A DNA stretch of 63,635 nucleotides, the filler included, from Vermamoeba vermiformis (Eukaryota), in NCBI GenBank assembly GCA_045837725.1. It is 11 parts of 11 records of this genome, joined end to end, with 100 filler letters (N's around TTAATTAATTAA, not from the genome) between each part and the next. Parts side by side here need not be neighbours in the genome. Positions count along the whole stretch, not along the records: positions 49,587 to 56,009 come from JBEWZL010000015.1; positions 56,110 to 59,880 come from JBEWZL010000016.1; positions 59,981 to 61,093 come from JBEWZL010000034.1; positions 61,194 to 63,635 come from JBEWZL010000052.1; 7 more parts are not named here. The stretch is one strand, 5' to 3'. Below are positions 49,659 to 61,792 of the stretch, piece after piece. A model generated the notes under the pieces. It worked only from the letters and a program-made list of their open reading frames with translations, was not told the DNA's origin and did no database searches. A program made the position numbers and the translations under genes. The stretch's first letter is position 1; the number at the start of each line of letters is the position of its first letter.

Positions 49659-52600
49659 ATGTACCCACTTTTTTCGAGTTATAATTATAATAGACCGAGG
49701 TTTCAAGAAGACGACGACAGGGAGAGCCGATCCAAGGTTCTTTTGGATTTGTGGGAGGTAGTGTCGGGTTTAGATGCACCGGGCACGTTTGCGTGTGGTG
49801 GACAGCTTAGTGCTATTGTCCCAGGTATTTTCAAGCTTCACACAGATTTATTTTTAAATTAAATTTAAATTATTTTTGAAATTTGGCGGGATCGGCTTGA
49901 TTATTTCGACGTTTTACGATTACATGTTAATTTTAATATAATATATTGGTACAATATTTTTTTGGTTTAAGTTCTTATTTTTCTCCTTTGCATTCAGGCC
50001 TGCACATTGACGGCTTTGGAGATGTCGGTCTTCCGCTACGAGAGCGCGATGCCAAAGAAATTATAACTCTTTGTCAACGAGCTCCGTTTGGTCGTGGCGA
50101 ACAAACGATTGTTGATACCAATGTTCGAAACACTTGGCAATTAAGTACGTTAGGCAAATACTCTTACGACGAAAATATTTATGTTCCTAATGTTCGGGTA
50201 GGTCCTTCGGAGGTTAAATTGAAAAACAAAGAGTTTGTGCAGCAGATCAACTCCCTCGTCAAGACTGTTGCCAACGAGTTAGGCTTGGGCAACAAAGCGA
50301 ACGTAGTCGCTCGATTATACAAGCTGTTATTATACGAGCCTGGAGGCTTCTTCGTGCCACACAAAGACACCGAGAAGGAAAAAGGAATGTTCGCGTCGTT
50401 GGTAGTGACATTGCCGAGCACATTTGAAGGCGGTGAATTGATTGTGACACACAACGGCATGAGCAAGAAGTTCAAGCCCGAGAACCCGTCATTTTCAACC
50501 TCTTGGGTCTCCTTCTACGCAGATTGCAAACACGAGATCAAGCCTGTAACATCTGGTTATCGCTTAGCCCTTGTCTACAACGTTGTCAGCCTCGACAAGG
50601 GTCCTTTGCCTGGCCCTTCAACGAGTTCTGCGACATCTCGAGCCACGGAGTGCATTCAAAAGTGGGCCGCTGCAAACGATGGACCTTCTAAGGTACCTAC
50701 AAAGCACTTGCGTTCCATGATTTATTAAATTAATGAATTTTATCGTAGGCTGTCTTCGTATTACAACACGAGTACACACCAGCCGGTTTATCGGTTCAAG
50801 TGTTGAAAAACAAAGACAGAGCCATGGCACAAGTGCTGCAAGAAGCGATCAAAGGTCGAGATTTTGACATGTATTTAGCGTTATTGAATTACACCAAGTA
50901 CGGTCCTGCTGAAGAAGGCTGTAGACAGCAGTACACCTTAATAGAAGTGTCCAACGAAAAATCCCAGCTTCACTCCTTAGTGAACATGAACGGCGACAGA
51001 GTGGACTTGGCCGTCTCCATCAATAGTTCAGGTAATTATTCCGAAATTTCATTGTTGTGTATTTTTAACGTTTTTTGTTAGACGTTTATCCGCCTGGAGT
51101 CTTTGACAACGACAAAGCCGATTCTGAGTCAGTTGAAGAGGCCACGGAAATGAAGGCGCTAGTATATCGCTTCGTTATCATAAGGCCGTGATACTGTTAT
51201 GGCCAAAGAACAAGTGGATCGATATTGTTTGTCAGGGAGATAAGAACGATGCGGTGAAATACATGGTCGATTTAATTTCGAAATGTCAGAACGAGCCGCG
51301 TGACTCCACTAACTGGAAGACCGTCGAAAAAATCGCTACGTCTTTGTTGCCTCGCGTGAGAGTCAACTTACAGTACTTTAAAGCACTGCTCAATATTGGA
51401 GACATCAAATTAGTGCTAAAATATCTTCAGCGTTTGGCTAGTGAACGAGAACTCTATCTCCACGGTCATGAAAGTTCTCAGCAGTTCTGGTTAGTATTGC
51501 AGAAGTGCATCGCGAAATTTGGTTGGGACCAGCTTGACGAAACCATACGCCACTTTGTAGAAGGTAATTGAATTGATTCTCCTAGTAGTACCCGTAGCAT
51601 CGGCATACTTAACTTTTTGCAATAGCCTTGACGTGGGATTCAGCCATGAGCTTTATGTTGCAATTTTGTTCGGCAGTAATCAATAACGCCAAAGCAAAAG
51701 AGACACTCAAACTGCTTGCCCGCAACGTAATAACTGTTAAATACACATCGGCGTATCACTATGGCTCTCATAGCATGGAACCACTCAGCAATCTTGTTAA
51801 AATTGCCAGTGCATTGGATCCTCAATCAATACCTTTCGTAAGTTTGTCAAATGTCATAATGTTTAGCGTTGACTGGTTGATTAGGTCTTCAAATTAGTAC
51901 AAAAGCTGAAAGATGTCGATAAGGAGCTTATTCCGACACTTCAAAAGATTCATGAACAAGTTCCCAGTATTTCTACAAATGACGAGTTCGTCAAGCTCAC
52001 CAAGCAATGTGTTGCCATGTTCGAAAGACGCGTTGACGCTGCTAAGTCGGCTACGGATGATTGGGTGGTTCGTACTCCATTGACATGTGATTGCGATGAT
52101 TGCAAACCAGTAAGAAACTCTCGACACCTGCATCAAATATTACCTTATTAGGCATAGGGCCATTGCTAATATTAATATTAATTGTACATAGGTTACTGCG
52201 TTCTTACTAAGCCCAAAGCAAATGGAATACAGATTCAAAGCCGGATTAGGCAGACGATTGCACGTTGAACGTGAATCAATGGGCGTTGGTCAACGCAAGG
52301 CTGAAAATCGATACGCAGGCATTCTTAAGACCACTACTGATACGAGCCGCTCGCCACATACCTTGGTCATTACAAAAGTTGGTAAAGAAATGGCCGTTGC
52401 GAAGAAGAATTCCAAAAGAGATGAAAAAATGATTACGACCTTGAATAATATGATAGGTGTTGCTACAGTCAAAGAGCCAAAAAAGCAAACGAAAAAACAA
52501 CAGCCAAAGCAACAACAACCGATCGCACAACCAGTCAGTCAACCGCCACAACCAAAGCCACAACAACATGTATCAACTCATGTTACTACTACTCCCCAAG

Positions 52601-53011
52601 CACAATCTGTGCCACAACAACAGCAACAAAAAGTTTCGTCGGCGATCGAATCTGATCCAAGCGCTGGATCAGCCAAGCGACCAAGAGTATGTAAAGTCAA
52701 AATTGGAATTATGCCTAATTTAGTTATTAATAGGAGGGTGATAATGAAGTGGGTCCCAAGCCAAAGAGACAAAAACGAGACGGCAGTGCTGCCGCTACAC
52801 GAGATTGGAAACAACTGGTCGCGAGCGGTAATGTATGTCCTTTATTAGTCTTCTCGTGGTTATAGTCCAATATTTTGGTAAACAGATATCCTCGCTGAAG
52901 CTCGACGACTTAAAAGATTACATTGCGTGGAAGGGAATCAAAGGCAAGTCAGCGCTGAAGAAAGACGAGCTCATTGAAGTGATTAAAAATCACGTCAATG
53001 AAAATAAATAA
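49659..53011 (+). CDS. 2OG-Fe(II) dioxygenase-domain protein with a C-terminal SAP/HeH-like domain; one apparent 1-nt frameshift near 51146
   Basis: LYKLLLYEPGGFFVPHKDTEKEKGMFASLVVTLPS.FEGGEL...FYADCKHEIKPVTSGYRLALVYN (HxD...H...R intact). Last exon ISSLKLDDLKDYIAWKGIKGKSALKKDELIEVI. Confidence 0.85.
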
Positions 53012-53125
53012 TACAAATGGTTGATGTCATTTTGTTAATATGCTATTTTGTTGGTTTTACGACCTGGTCACAAACAAAAAGCTTCTCAAAAATTCAGATC
53101 GACAAAATACGTAATCCAGGAACAC

Positions 53126-55827
53126 ATGGACGACGAAGAGCAACCTGAAATATTGTTAGATTTGTGGAGCGTACTTTCGGAGTTACGAACCCCGAGTACA
53201 TTTGCTTGTGGTGGAGAGATCCCCATTGTTCTTCCGGGTACCAACCAAATCTTTCTTCCTTTATTTTTAAAAAATTATACTCCATTTCTAAACTAACACA
53301 TCCGTTAATTATACGCTACGGAGAGGATTTTTCGATTATTTAAATATTTTGGGAAAAAAAATAATTGTTTTGCGTTGGATCTATAATTAATTTTTTCCTC
53401 AAGCTTTGCCTCGAGTGCCGGAGCACCAAAACTGACATTTAATTCGTTAGGTCTTAATATTAAAGGCTACGGAGACGTAGCACTTCCATTAAGAGAGCGG
53501 GATGCGAAAGAGATATTAGCTCAATATCAACCAGCTGAGAAAGGTCTCTTGCAGCTTGGTATGAATTCGACGCAATGTGTTTTATCTAGCTAGCTATAAT
53601 TGATTTTTATTTGATACAATAGATGCTTCAAACGTCCAACTTTTGAACCAAAAATTCATCGACCAAATCAATTCGCTCGTAGTGGACACTGTTGCTGTTG
53701 AATTAGGTTTAGGTTATAATGCCAACGTGGAAGTCCAATTGCACAAGCTATTGTTATACGAGCCTGGTGGCATCTGGCAAGACAGTACGGAGAAACTGAA
53801 GGGAGCGTTTGCTTCATTGGTTGTCACTTTGCCGAGCACTTTTGAAGGCGGCGAGGTGATTGTAACTAATGACGGACTTGAAATGAAGTTTAAGCCAGCA
53901 GAGCCAACATGTACTACAACGTACACCGCGTTTTATAATGACTGCAAACATGATATTCGGCCAATAACATCAGGCTATCGGTTGGCCTTACTCTTCAACA
54001 TCGTCAGCCGACAAGAAGGTCCTTTCAGTGTGCCAAATAACGAAGCGATATTCAGAACAAAAGCAATTCTGAAAGAATGGAGCACGTCCGATCTTCCAAG
54101 AACAAAGGTACGTTAGCTGTATAGACAATACACGTTGAATTGAATTGATTGTTCTTATAGGCCGTGATTCTGTTGAAACACACTGGCGAATATACCTCAG
54201 AACTCGCTTTTCAAACGCTGAGAGCAGAAGACAGAGCGATGGCACAAGTGCTGCAACAGGCTATTCAAGGAGAAGACTTCGAGCTGTATCTAGGAATGCT
54301 CGACTACACCAAGGCAAGTAACTTGGATTCTTTCTTCGACAATGACGTGGAAGAAGCGTACGACCTCACCCAAGTGATCGACGCAAACGGAGATAAAGCA
54401 CAGTTTAGCATCACTGTCGAAAGCAAAGGTACGACGATTAGGTTATACCAACATTATCTAATGCAACTTTCAGATTTTTACCCGTCCAGTGCCATTGATG
54501 ATGCAAGGGCCGATTCTAAGAACATCGACAAAGCCAACAAAATACAAAAGTTGAATTACCGAAGAGCAGTGTTAATCTTGTTTCCGAAGCACAAGTTGAT
54601 TGATATTGTCTGCGAAGGACCTAAGCCTGAGTCAGTGGCGTACTTGGCCGAATTACTCAAACAATGTGCAGGAAGTGAGTCAAGAGACACTCCTGATTGG
54701 CAAAATGCTACACGAATGTCTTCGATATTAGCTAGAAAACACTGGCCAGAGATCAATATCGGCTTCTTGGATTCTCTATGCACAATTGGTGATGTTCAAT
54801 TAGTTCAAGAACATCTCGAAACTAAGACGTCAAGGCATTTCCGCTCGACGGACATTGCTCAACTTGGCACAGTGCTGCATAAGTGTTTAACGAAGTTTGG
54901 CTGGGACAGCCTGGCAACGTCAATACTGAAATTGGAGCAAGGTAATTGCTAACGAATAGCATCAATAATCACCAGGGCTTATTTTCAATTCTCAGATTTT
55001 AATGCGGTTGCATGTATTATATTTTTGGCTCAATTCTACTCGGCAAATATTGAAGGAAAACAAGAGCGAGAAGTTTTGGGAGCGATTGCACGTCATTTAG
55101 TCATACGAGAATCCCTGGAACAAGACTGGCTGAGCCACCTGACTGTAGAATATTTGAGCAAAGCAGTACTCATCGTTAAAACAATTGACCCAAGCTTGTT
55201 ACCAGAGGTACGTAACTTCATTCAAAATTCAATTGGACTTAACTAACAGCAATTCTAGCTTTTTTCGTTGGTTGAAAGAATATTACTTGCCAAAAGTGAC
55301 TTAATTCCGACGTTAACAAAGCTTCGAGAACTAGACTCAAGCGTCGTTGAGTTGCCCGAGTACATTCAATTGATTAAAACGTGCATTAATTTCCTTCAAT
55401 CACGCATTGATGCTGCAAATGCACGAGAAGATGACTGGAGCATATTGATTCCACTCAATTGTAGCTGTTCAAAGTGTCAGGGGGTACGAGACAGTACATT
55501 TCATTATGTTGTAACCTTGTTTTTACATAGATTGCAAATTTCTTGACGAGCCCGACGGAAACAATCTTCAGGCACGGAATGAAGTACTTCCACCTGCAAC
55601 GCACTATTGGTCTCCATTTTAGCGACCAGTCAAAGCATAAGTTCGCAGGCTTGATCGAACTTTCTGATGACAACGGAACTCTCAAGAAGATTGCGAAGGA
55701 AGTAGATGGCATTAAGAATAATGCATTGATTGACGAAGAGAAAATCAAAGAGCTGAGCGTTATTTTGAGCGAAGTTGAGGCCACAGAACCGGCACCGAAA
55801 AGACGAAAATTGACGCACCAGAAGTGA
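53126..55827 (+). CDS. Tandem paralogue of the 2OG-Fe(II) dioxygenase with a degenerate iron-binding motif
   Basis: Same intron positions and motifs, but EPGGIWQDSTEK replaces EPGGFFVPHKDTEK. No SAP-like tail. Confidence 0.82.
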
Positions 55828-56110
55828 TGTTCGCTAATCTTATATTTGTAGGTCATATAAAGCGACCTAATTTCAGCGATTGGTTTGATCTGGATCTGGA
55901 TTCAAATCCACCAAAAATTTTGTTGTTGGATCGCAAACCTGTCATTTTGCTCCACCGTTGTCTGACGAGAACATGTACTCCAGTTCATCTAACGAAAGCA
56001 ATAGTGATGNNNNNNNNNNNNNNNNNNNNNNNNNNNNNNNNNNNNNNNNNNNNTTAATTAATTAANNNNNNNNNNNNNNNNNNNNNNNNNNNNNNNNNNN
56101 NNNNNNNNNG

Positions 56111-56297
56111 CCCTAACCCTAACCCTAACCCTAACCCTAACCCTAACCCTAACCCTAACCCTAACCCTAACCCTAACCCTAACCCTAACCCTAACCCTAA
56201 CCCTAACCCTAACCCTAACCCTAACCCTAACCCTAACCCTAACCCTAAACCCTAAACCCTAAACCCTAACCCTAACCCTAACCCTAACCCTAACCCT
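56111..56297 (+). repeat. Telomeric repeat tract (CCCTAA)22 (CCCTAAA)3 (CCCTAA)5 CCCT
   Basis: Read directly at the contig start. C-rich strand at the 5' end, as expected for a chromosome end. Confidence 0.98.
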
Positions 56298-56455
56298 CGC
56301 TCGAACTTAGCCCTAACGAAAAACTTAACCCTAAGGGTTTGCACTTCTTCAAACAACTCAAAACTTGGTTCAAACTTAAGTTTAAACCTAGCACCGTTAT
56401 TTTTTATTAACTACAAGTTAGTTGTCTTTGTTTAAACTTGCTTTTTCTTTTTACA

Positions 56456-59400
56456 CTACTTACAGAAGTAGCAGTTGTCACTTAGCCATTCTCCTCCTCC
56501 AAAGCCATTCAAAGCCAATGGATCAACAGTGCCCAATGCTCCGTAGCAGTACTTGTAGCGTTTGCCTGACTTCTCCAGCCACTTGACATTGACTCGTGAC
56601 TTGTTCACCACTGTAACCACCTCAGCAAGCCAAAACTCGTCCTTTGAGCACTCTGGGTTGACAGAAACAACATCTCCTGGCTTGAGCACACAACCATTGA
56701 GGGAGATTTCTTTGTCTTTGTACGTGATGAGCGTGCGCTTTTTGGATGGCTTGTCTTTTGAAGTTGAGGCTCTCTTGCGTTTGCGTGAGTTGGTCTGGAT
56801 TGCAGATGAAACCAATTCCATGCCAACACCTTCACTACTGATTGAAGTCGGCTCAGCAGGAGTATTCTCCATTGACATGGGCTCAAGCTCTGCTTCACTT
56901 GACGAGTCTAGCTCAGGCACGCCTTCATCGAAGCTCTCAGACTCGCTGTCCGAGTCGCTGTCCAAGTCACTGTCTGAGTCGCATGAGTCTTCATCATTGT
57001 GACAGCGATCGCAACCAGCTCCTGCGCAGCACTCGTACGCGTCCATCTCCTCGTCGGTTAGGGTTGGTAGCTGCAGTTGTGGGTTGTTCTTTCTCAGTGC
57101 AAGAGCTTTCTTTTTCAAGAACTCGATGACCAAGGCCACAGCACCGGAGAGAGTCATGTAGTTCTTCCATTGCTTGGAGCCGTCTTCGAGCTTACACAAG
57201 TACTGGCGTATGTTGTTCCAGTAGCGCATGTCAACAACTTCCTTGACAACCTCGCCCTCTTTCTGCAAGTACGTGGCTTCGGCAGCACGCTCGTTGATTG
57301 CATTGCGGATGCCCGACAGTGGCTCAAGAGACAGAGTCGTGTTGATGGTCTGCAGGGTTTCAGCGGACAGCTTATTTTGGTTCGCTCTGTTGTAGTTCTG
57401 CATGAGAACTTTGTCTGATGTATTGATGAGCGTCGCGTGCTTTGATGCCCAAGCGAAAAAGTCGTTAGGTCGCTCTGCCATAGCAACTGCCATCTCAGTC
57501 ACCATAATGCGTCGTATAGTGATGGGAGTGATGATGCGACCAGGAAACACCTTTTGTACTCGGGTCTTCACAAATTCAGTGATGCGTTGTGGACCTGCAA
57601 TAACATTAGAACAATCGTGTGCAAGCATAATTCAATACTCACGTAAAGGTTTTCCCTCTTTGCTGACAAAACAAGCAAGAACCTTGCTGTCCTTGCCCAC
57701 GAGCCTCGGTCTGAACTCGTCGATCCAGATACGCAGGAGGTTGCCGAGAGTCTCCGGCAAAGCCAGGCGATCAGTCCTGCGCTTCTGTACTTTCTCGTCC
57801 AAAGTGAAATGAACGAGCTGACCATCAATAATAGCAAAGTTCTAATAATAACGTCAATAAATATTGAATGTGTTCGAGTAACAAAACTACTTACATCGAT
57901 GGCAAAGTTGATGAACACTTCACGGCGTTGTCCACCAGTTTGTAACAGTGCAAACAAGATTATTATCTTTTGAAACTGATAAACCTCGAGTTTGGACTGC
58001 TTTCGTTTCTTTGACGCCTTAAGAAACAAGACAATTTGAATGCTGACATATTTGTTCAGCTTGGACAGCTCTGCTGGCTAAATAAACACTTGTAAGACAA
58101 CGAATAATAACGGGATAATCAAAATTACCTCGAGCCATTGACCTTTCAGTAACAAATTAATATTAAGGCAATGTTGACTGTGGTGAAGCGCGTTCTGAGC
58201 CTTTTTCCGATTGACGTACGCGTGAAGTAGTTTGAATATTGTTTCAATGCGTGCTGCGTACTCTCTGAATCGCTCAATGGTCTATCACACGTGTTAGTAC
58301 ATTGTATCTTTAGTAAGAGCAATTAACTTACCGTCATGTGCTTGTACAGACTGACCAAGAACTTGGCTTTGTTGCCCGCCGAGTTTGGAGAACCAGCGTG
58401 TTGCCCATAAAACTCGAGGAACGCACTGACTGTTATGTTCGACAGTAAGTGATCCTCGCTGGGCACGAAGGTCTTGTGATCCTCGTCGTGAGTGATAGCA
58501 ATGAATTTGAAGAATTGAGAAATTGCTGTACGCGCGTTGCTGCCACGATCACTCGCCTTCTTAGCCATTATTCCTTCGTCGACTCTCTCACGGCTGTGGG
58601 CAGGTTGCTTCTCCAACAAGGCCTTGCGCTCTGAAATGATCCACGTGGCGACAAACGGGAGGTTCTTCTCGATATTGAACGAGTAATCTGCAGCCCTGAA
58701 CCTTGGTCGGTCACCAGTCTTCTCCGACTGCGGCTTAAGGTAAGCGCTGTAGTCGTTACTCTGGTAACATGGAGGGTGTTTGTCGTACGAGTCTTCTTTG
58801 AGCTCCAACGCGCCGGCCTTAACTAAATCCAATGTTAGCCGTACTCGTATTTATAATAAAACAATACTTACCCATGTACGTCTCCTTGCATTGCCTCTCG
58901 TGCTTGACTTCCTCTTTGAGTTGATTGTTCGTGGCCATCAACTCAGCATTCAGTCGCCGAAGGTTTGCTACTTCTACAATAACGATTAGAACGAGTATAA
59001 CTATTTAAAGATTGTTTACCTTGTACTAATGCTTCTTTGTTCAATTTGCGCACCGCGTCTTTACCACGAACCAGCGGGAGCTTAATGAAGCGAACAGCGT
59101 TGTTGGCACGTGCTCGACCGCTGCGATCCAGAATTTCAACGCAAGGATCCTGTAATCGAGTTATTAACATAAAATAACTATTTAAATAATACTAGTACTT
59201 ACTGGCTCCTTGGCCATTGTCTCGAGCGCCGCGTACAAAGTATCCATGAGCTTGACCTTCGCCTCCTTCGCCTTGACGGTCCATTTTGAGCTTCGTATCG
59301 CCTTGAGTTGTTTGCAAACGAACTATTCATAATGTATTAGTACAGCAGTAAATTAATTTTAATATAGCGCGATGATACTTACCTCTTTCGTCTCGAATCT

Positions 59401-59531
59401 ATTCGCGATCCGCTCCAATAAATCGATGTATGTAATATCAAACACCGCAGATATATTTGCGGAGTACTAATATAATATTTAGTAATTATATATAGTCATA
59501 TTAAATTAAAATAACGTTAACTTACGTCCAT
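56456..59531 (-). CDS. Intron-rich (10-exon) tyrosine recombinase with C-terminal chromo-like and BAH/Tudor-like domains; Crypton-like mobile-element protein
   Basis: All exons splice in frame from ATG 59531. Motifs LLQTGGQRREV (R), LDEKVQK (K), RIWIDEFRP, ITPITIRRIMVT (R) and ATLINTSDKVLMQNYNR (Y). Then VKEVVDMRYWNNIRQYLCKLEDGSKQW, an acidic linker, an NLS, and LKPGDVVSVNPECSKDEFWLAEVVTVVNKSRVNVKWL. Confidence 0.8.
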
Positions 59532-61362
59532 AATTGCGAAATTGCCAGCAAAATTGCCTGAAGCGGATGCAGACTGGTCAACAGTACAAGCCAGCGAAAC
59601 AGTTAAAAGTACGTTGCCTTTGTGTTGCTACGTACTCGGAGGAAAGGCAAAATGAACAAAACTGAAACGCAAGAAATTAGAAGAAAAATTCGTTCGCGGA
59701 AGCGACGAACAATTTATTAATAAACGTGAGCATTTTAATACAAATTGATAACGTCTTACGTGTATATTAACGTTGAATAGCCATAAATGGTGTCAAACTT
59801 GGCACCAGTTACTCGTTGGACTGAGATCCGATAAAGAGAGCAACGGATCCACCACCAGCCGACCCCTTCGCCCTAACCAANNNNNNNNNNNNNNNNNNNN
59901 NNNNNNNNNNNNNNNNNNNNNNNNTTAATTAATTAANNNNNNNNNNNNNNNNNNNNNNNNNNNNNNNNNNNNNNNNNNNNGGGGATCAACGAGGGGCCTG
60001 GATCGGCAATGACAGCGAACGTGCATTAATTCTAACAATACAATTCTATTAATAATTGGTTAAATAAGATATTTAAACAATAAATTAACTTACACATCAC
60101 TCACCGGGCAAAGTCCAAGATCGCGCATCCGGGCAAGTTACGGATCACGCCTTTCAATCGTATTGCCATTTTCAACCGATCTATTAATAAAAATATTAGC
60201 AATTGCATTATATAATCATATAGTAATACTTACGAGCTATATTGGAAATGCCAATCAGAATTTTGACCACTCAGATTGTGTTATCCACACATCCGTTATT
60301 TCTCTAGTGCACACTAAACAAAATAAAAATACTATTAATACGTTATAATTAGTTATAAATATTGAGTTGGACTTGCGTTTGACCTAGTCGAGGGCCATTT
60401 AATGAATACGATCCGTTGTTGGATCGCGCGCTTGACTCTTCAATGATTTCATTCGTGCAGCCTATTCAATAATATGTTAGCACGAATTATTTAGAATAAA
60501 ATAACTTACATTTAAAAGAGCATTCTTCGCTGTGTTCGAGTTGAAAAGTGATCTGATCGCACGCTGTAACTCAACATAAAGATTCGCAAGCACTTCTACG
60601 CACAAATAATGTTATATTATATTATAATATTAATATAAGATGATGTAATACTTACTTGTGGCTTAGTTTATCGCTCCACGAGTAACTTTGATTGATTGAT
60701 CCACGCGTGGTGAACGATGACCATGTGGCTTTGTTCGTGGATTTAATTGAATTCTGCAATACAAATGGTTAGCACTGGCCAAATAGTACGCGGATATATA
60801 TGTAATCTTGTTAACTTACAGTCCTAAGCAAATTTTTGTTCGCGTGAAGATCGCGCAGGAGATCCGTGTCTCCGACTTTGCTAGACCTAAAATTAAGTGA
60901 TTAGATTATCATATGCATATAAAATAACAATACTAATGTACTTACGTGTATATCAACGTCGATCACTGTCCGACCGACTTTATGCTCGATCTGATCAAGC
61001 ACCAATATTTACGCATCAATCGCCTGTAAATTTGCGATTAGATAATTGTTTTAATTATAATAAATACGTTAATTTAATTTTTATTCGAGCACANNNNNNN
61101 NNNNNNNNNNNNNNNNNNNNNNNNNNNNNNNNNNNNNTTAATTAATTAANNNNNNNNNNNNNNNNNNNNNNNNNNNNNNNNNNNNNNNNNNNNATCATTT
61201 ACATATCGAATTAGAGCGGATGTGACCGAAACAATGGATTAAGTACAGAAAATTTCTCGTACTTTTTGCGGTCTCAAAATCAAATTTTGAACGCTTAAAA
61301 TTAGCATTTATTTATAGGTTCAATACTAGTGTAGGCTTTGATCGTGCTAGCAAGTTCTCAAT

Positions 61363-61760
61363 AGAGCTCCTCGTGCTGCATCTGCTTGATCTGCTGTCGC
61401 ACTGTTTTCTTCTTAAGAATTCCGACAGCAAGACCAACAATCCAGCCAACAGATCCAACACTCGCCAAGACTCCAATGATGATGGAGTCCCTTGTCAATC
61501 GTTCAGCGTATGCAGCGTCATTTGGACTAGCACCGTCGTTGTCCCAGTACTTAATTACGATTTGATTGGTCGAGTAACTGATTTGATATTAATCTGCTAT
61601 GTCATCTACAGCAACAACAGGTACGGCACATCCGTCTTTGAAGGTGATTGTGAATGCACAATACGACGAATCAACACTATTGATCTGATCGCCAACTGGA
61701 TCGTCTTTACCGACTACTACAATGAAGCAACAATCATCGTCGATGGCTGCGTTAATCCAT
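61363..61760 (-). pseudogene. Last exon of a single-pass membrane protein gene with an in-frame TAA
   Basis: WINAAIDDDCCFIVVV...DDIAD*YQISYS...IIIGVLASVGSVGWIVGLAVGILKKK...EELY*. A TIR element sits about 30 bp upstream of the splice acceptor. Confidence 0.5.
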
Positions 61761-61792
61761 CTATGTGGTTAATTATAATGGCAACGACACCA

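Noticed and set aside
2181-59880. One giant Starship-like element combining the tyrosine recombinase and the ParB-like gene
   Set aside because: They lie on different contigs separated by artificial spacers; there is no linkage evidence.
59981-61093. Short minus-strand exon-like pieces with splice signals
   Set aside because: Probably part of a gene, but I could not build a convincing frame or assign a family.
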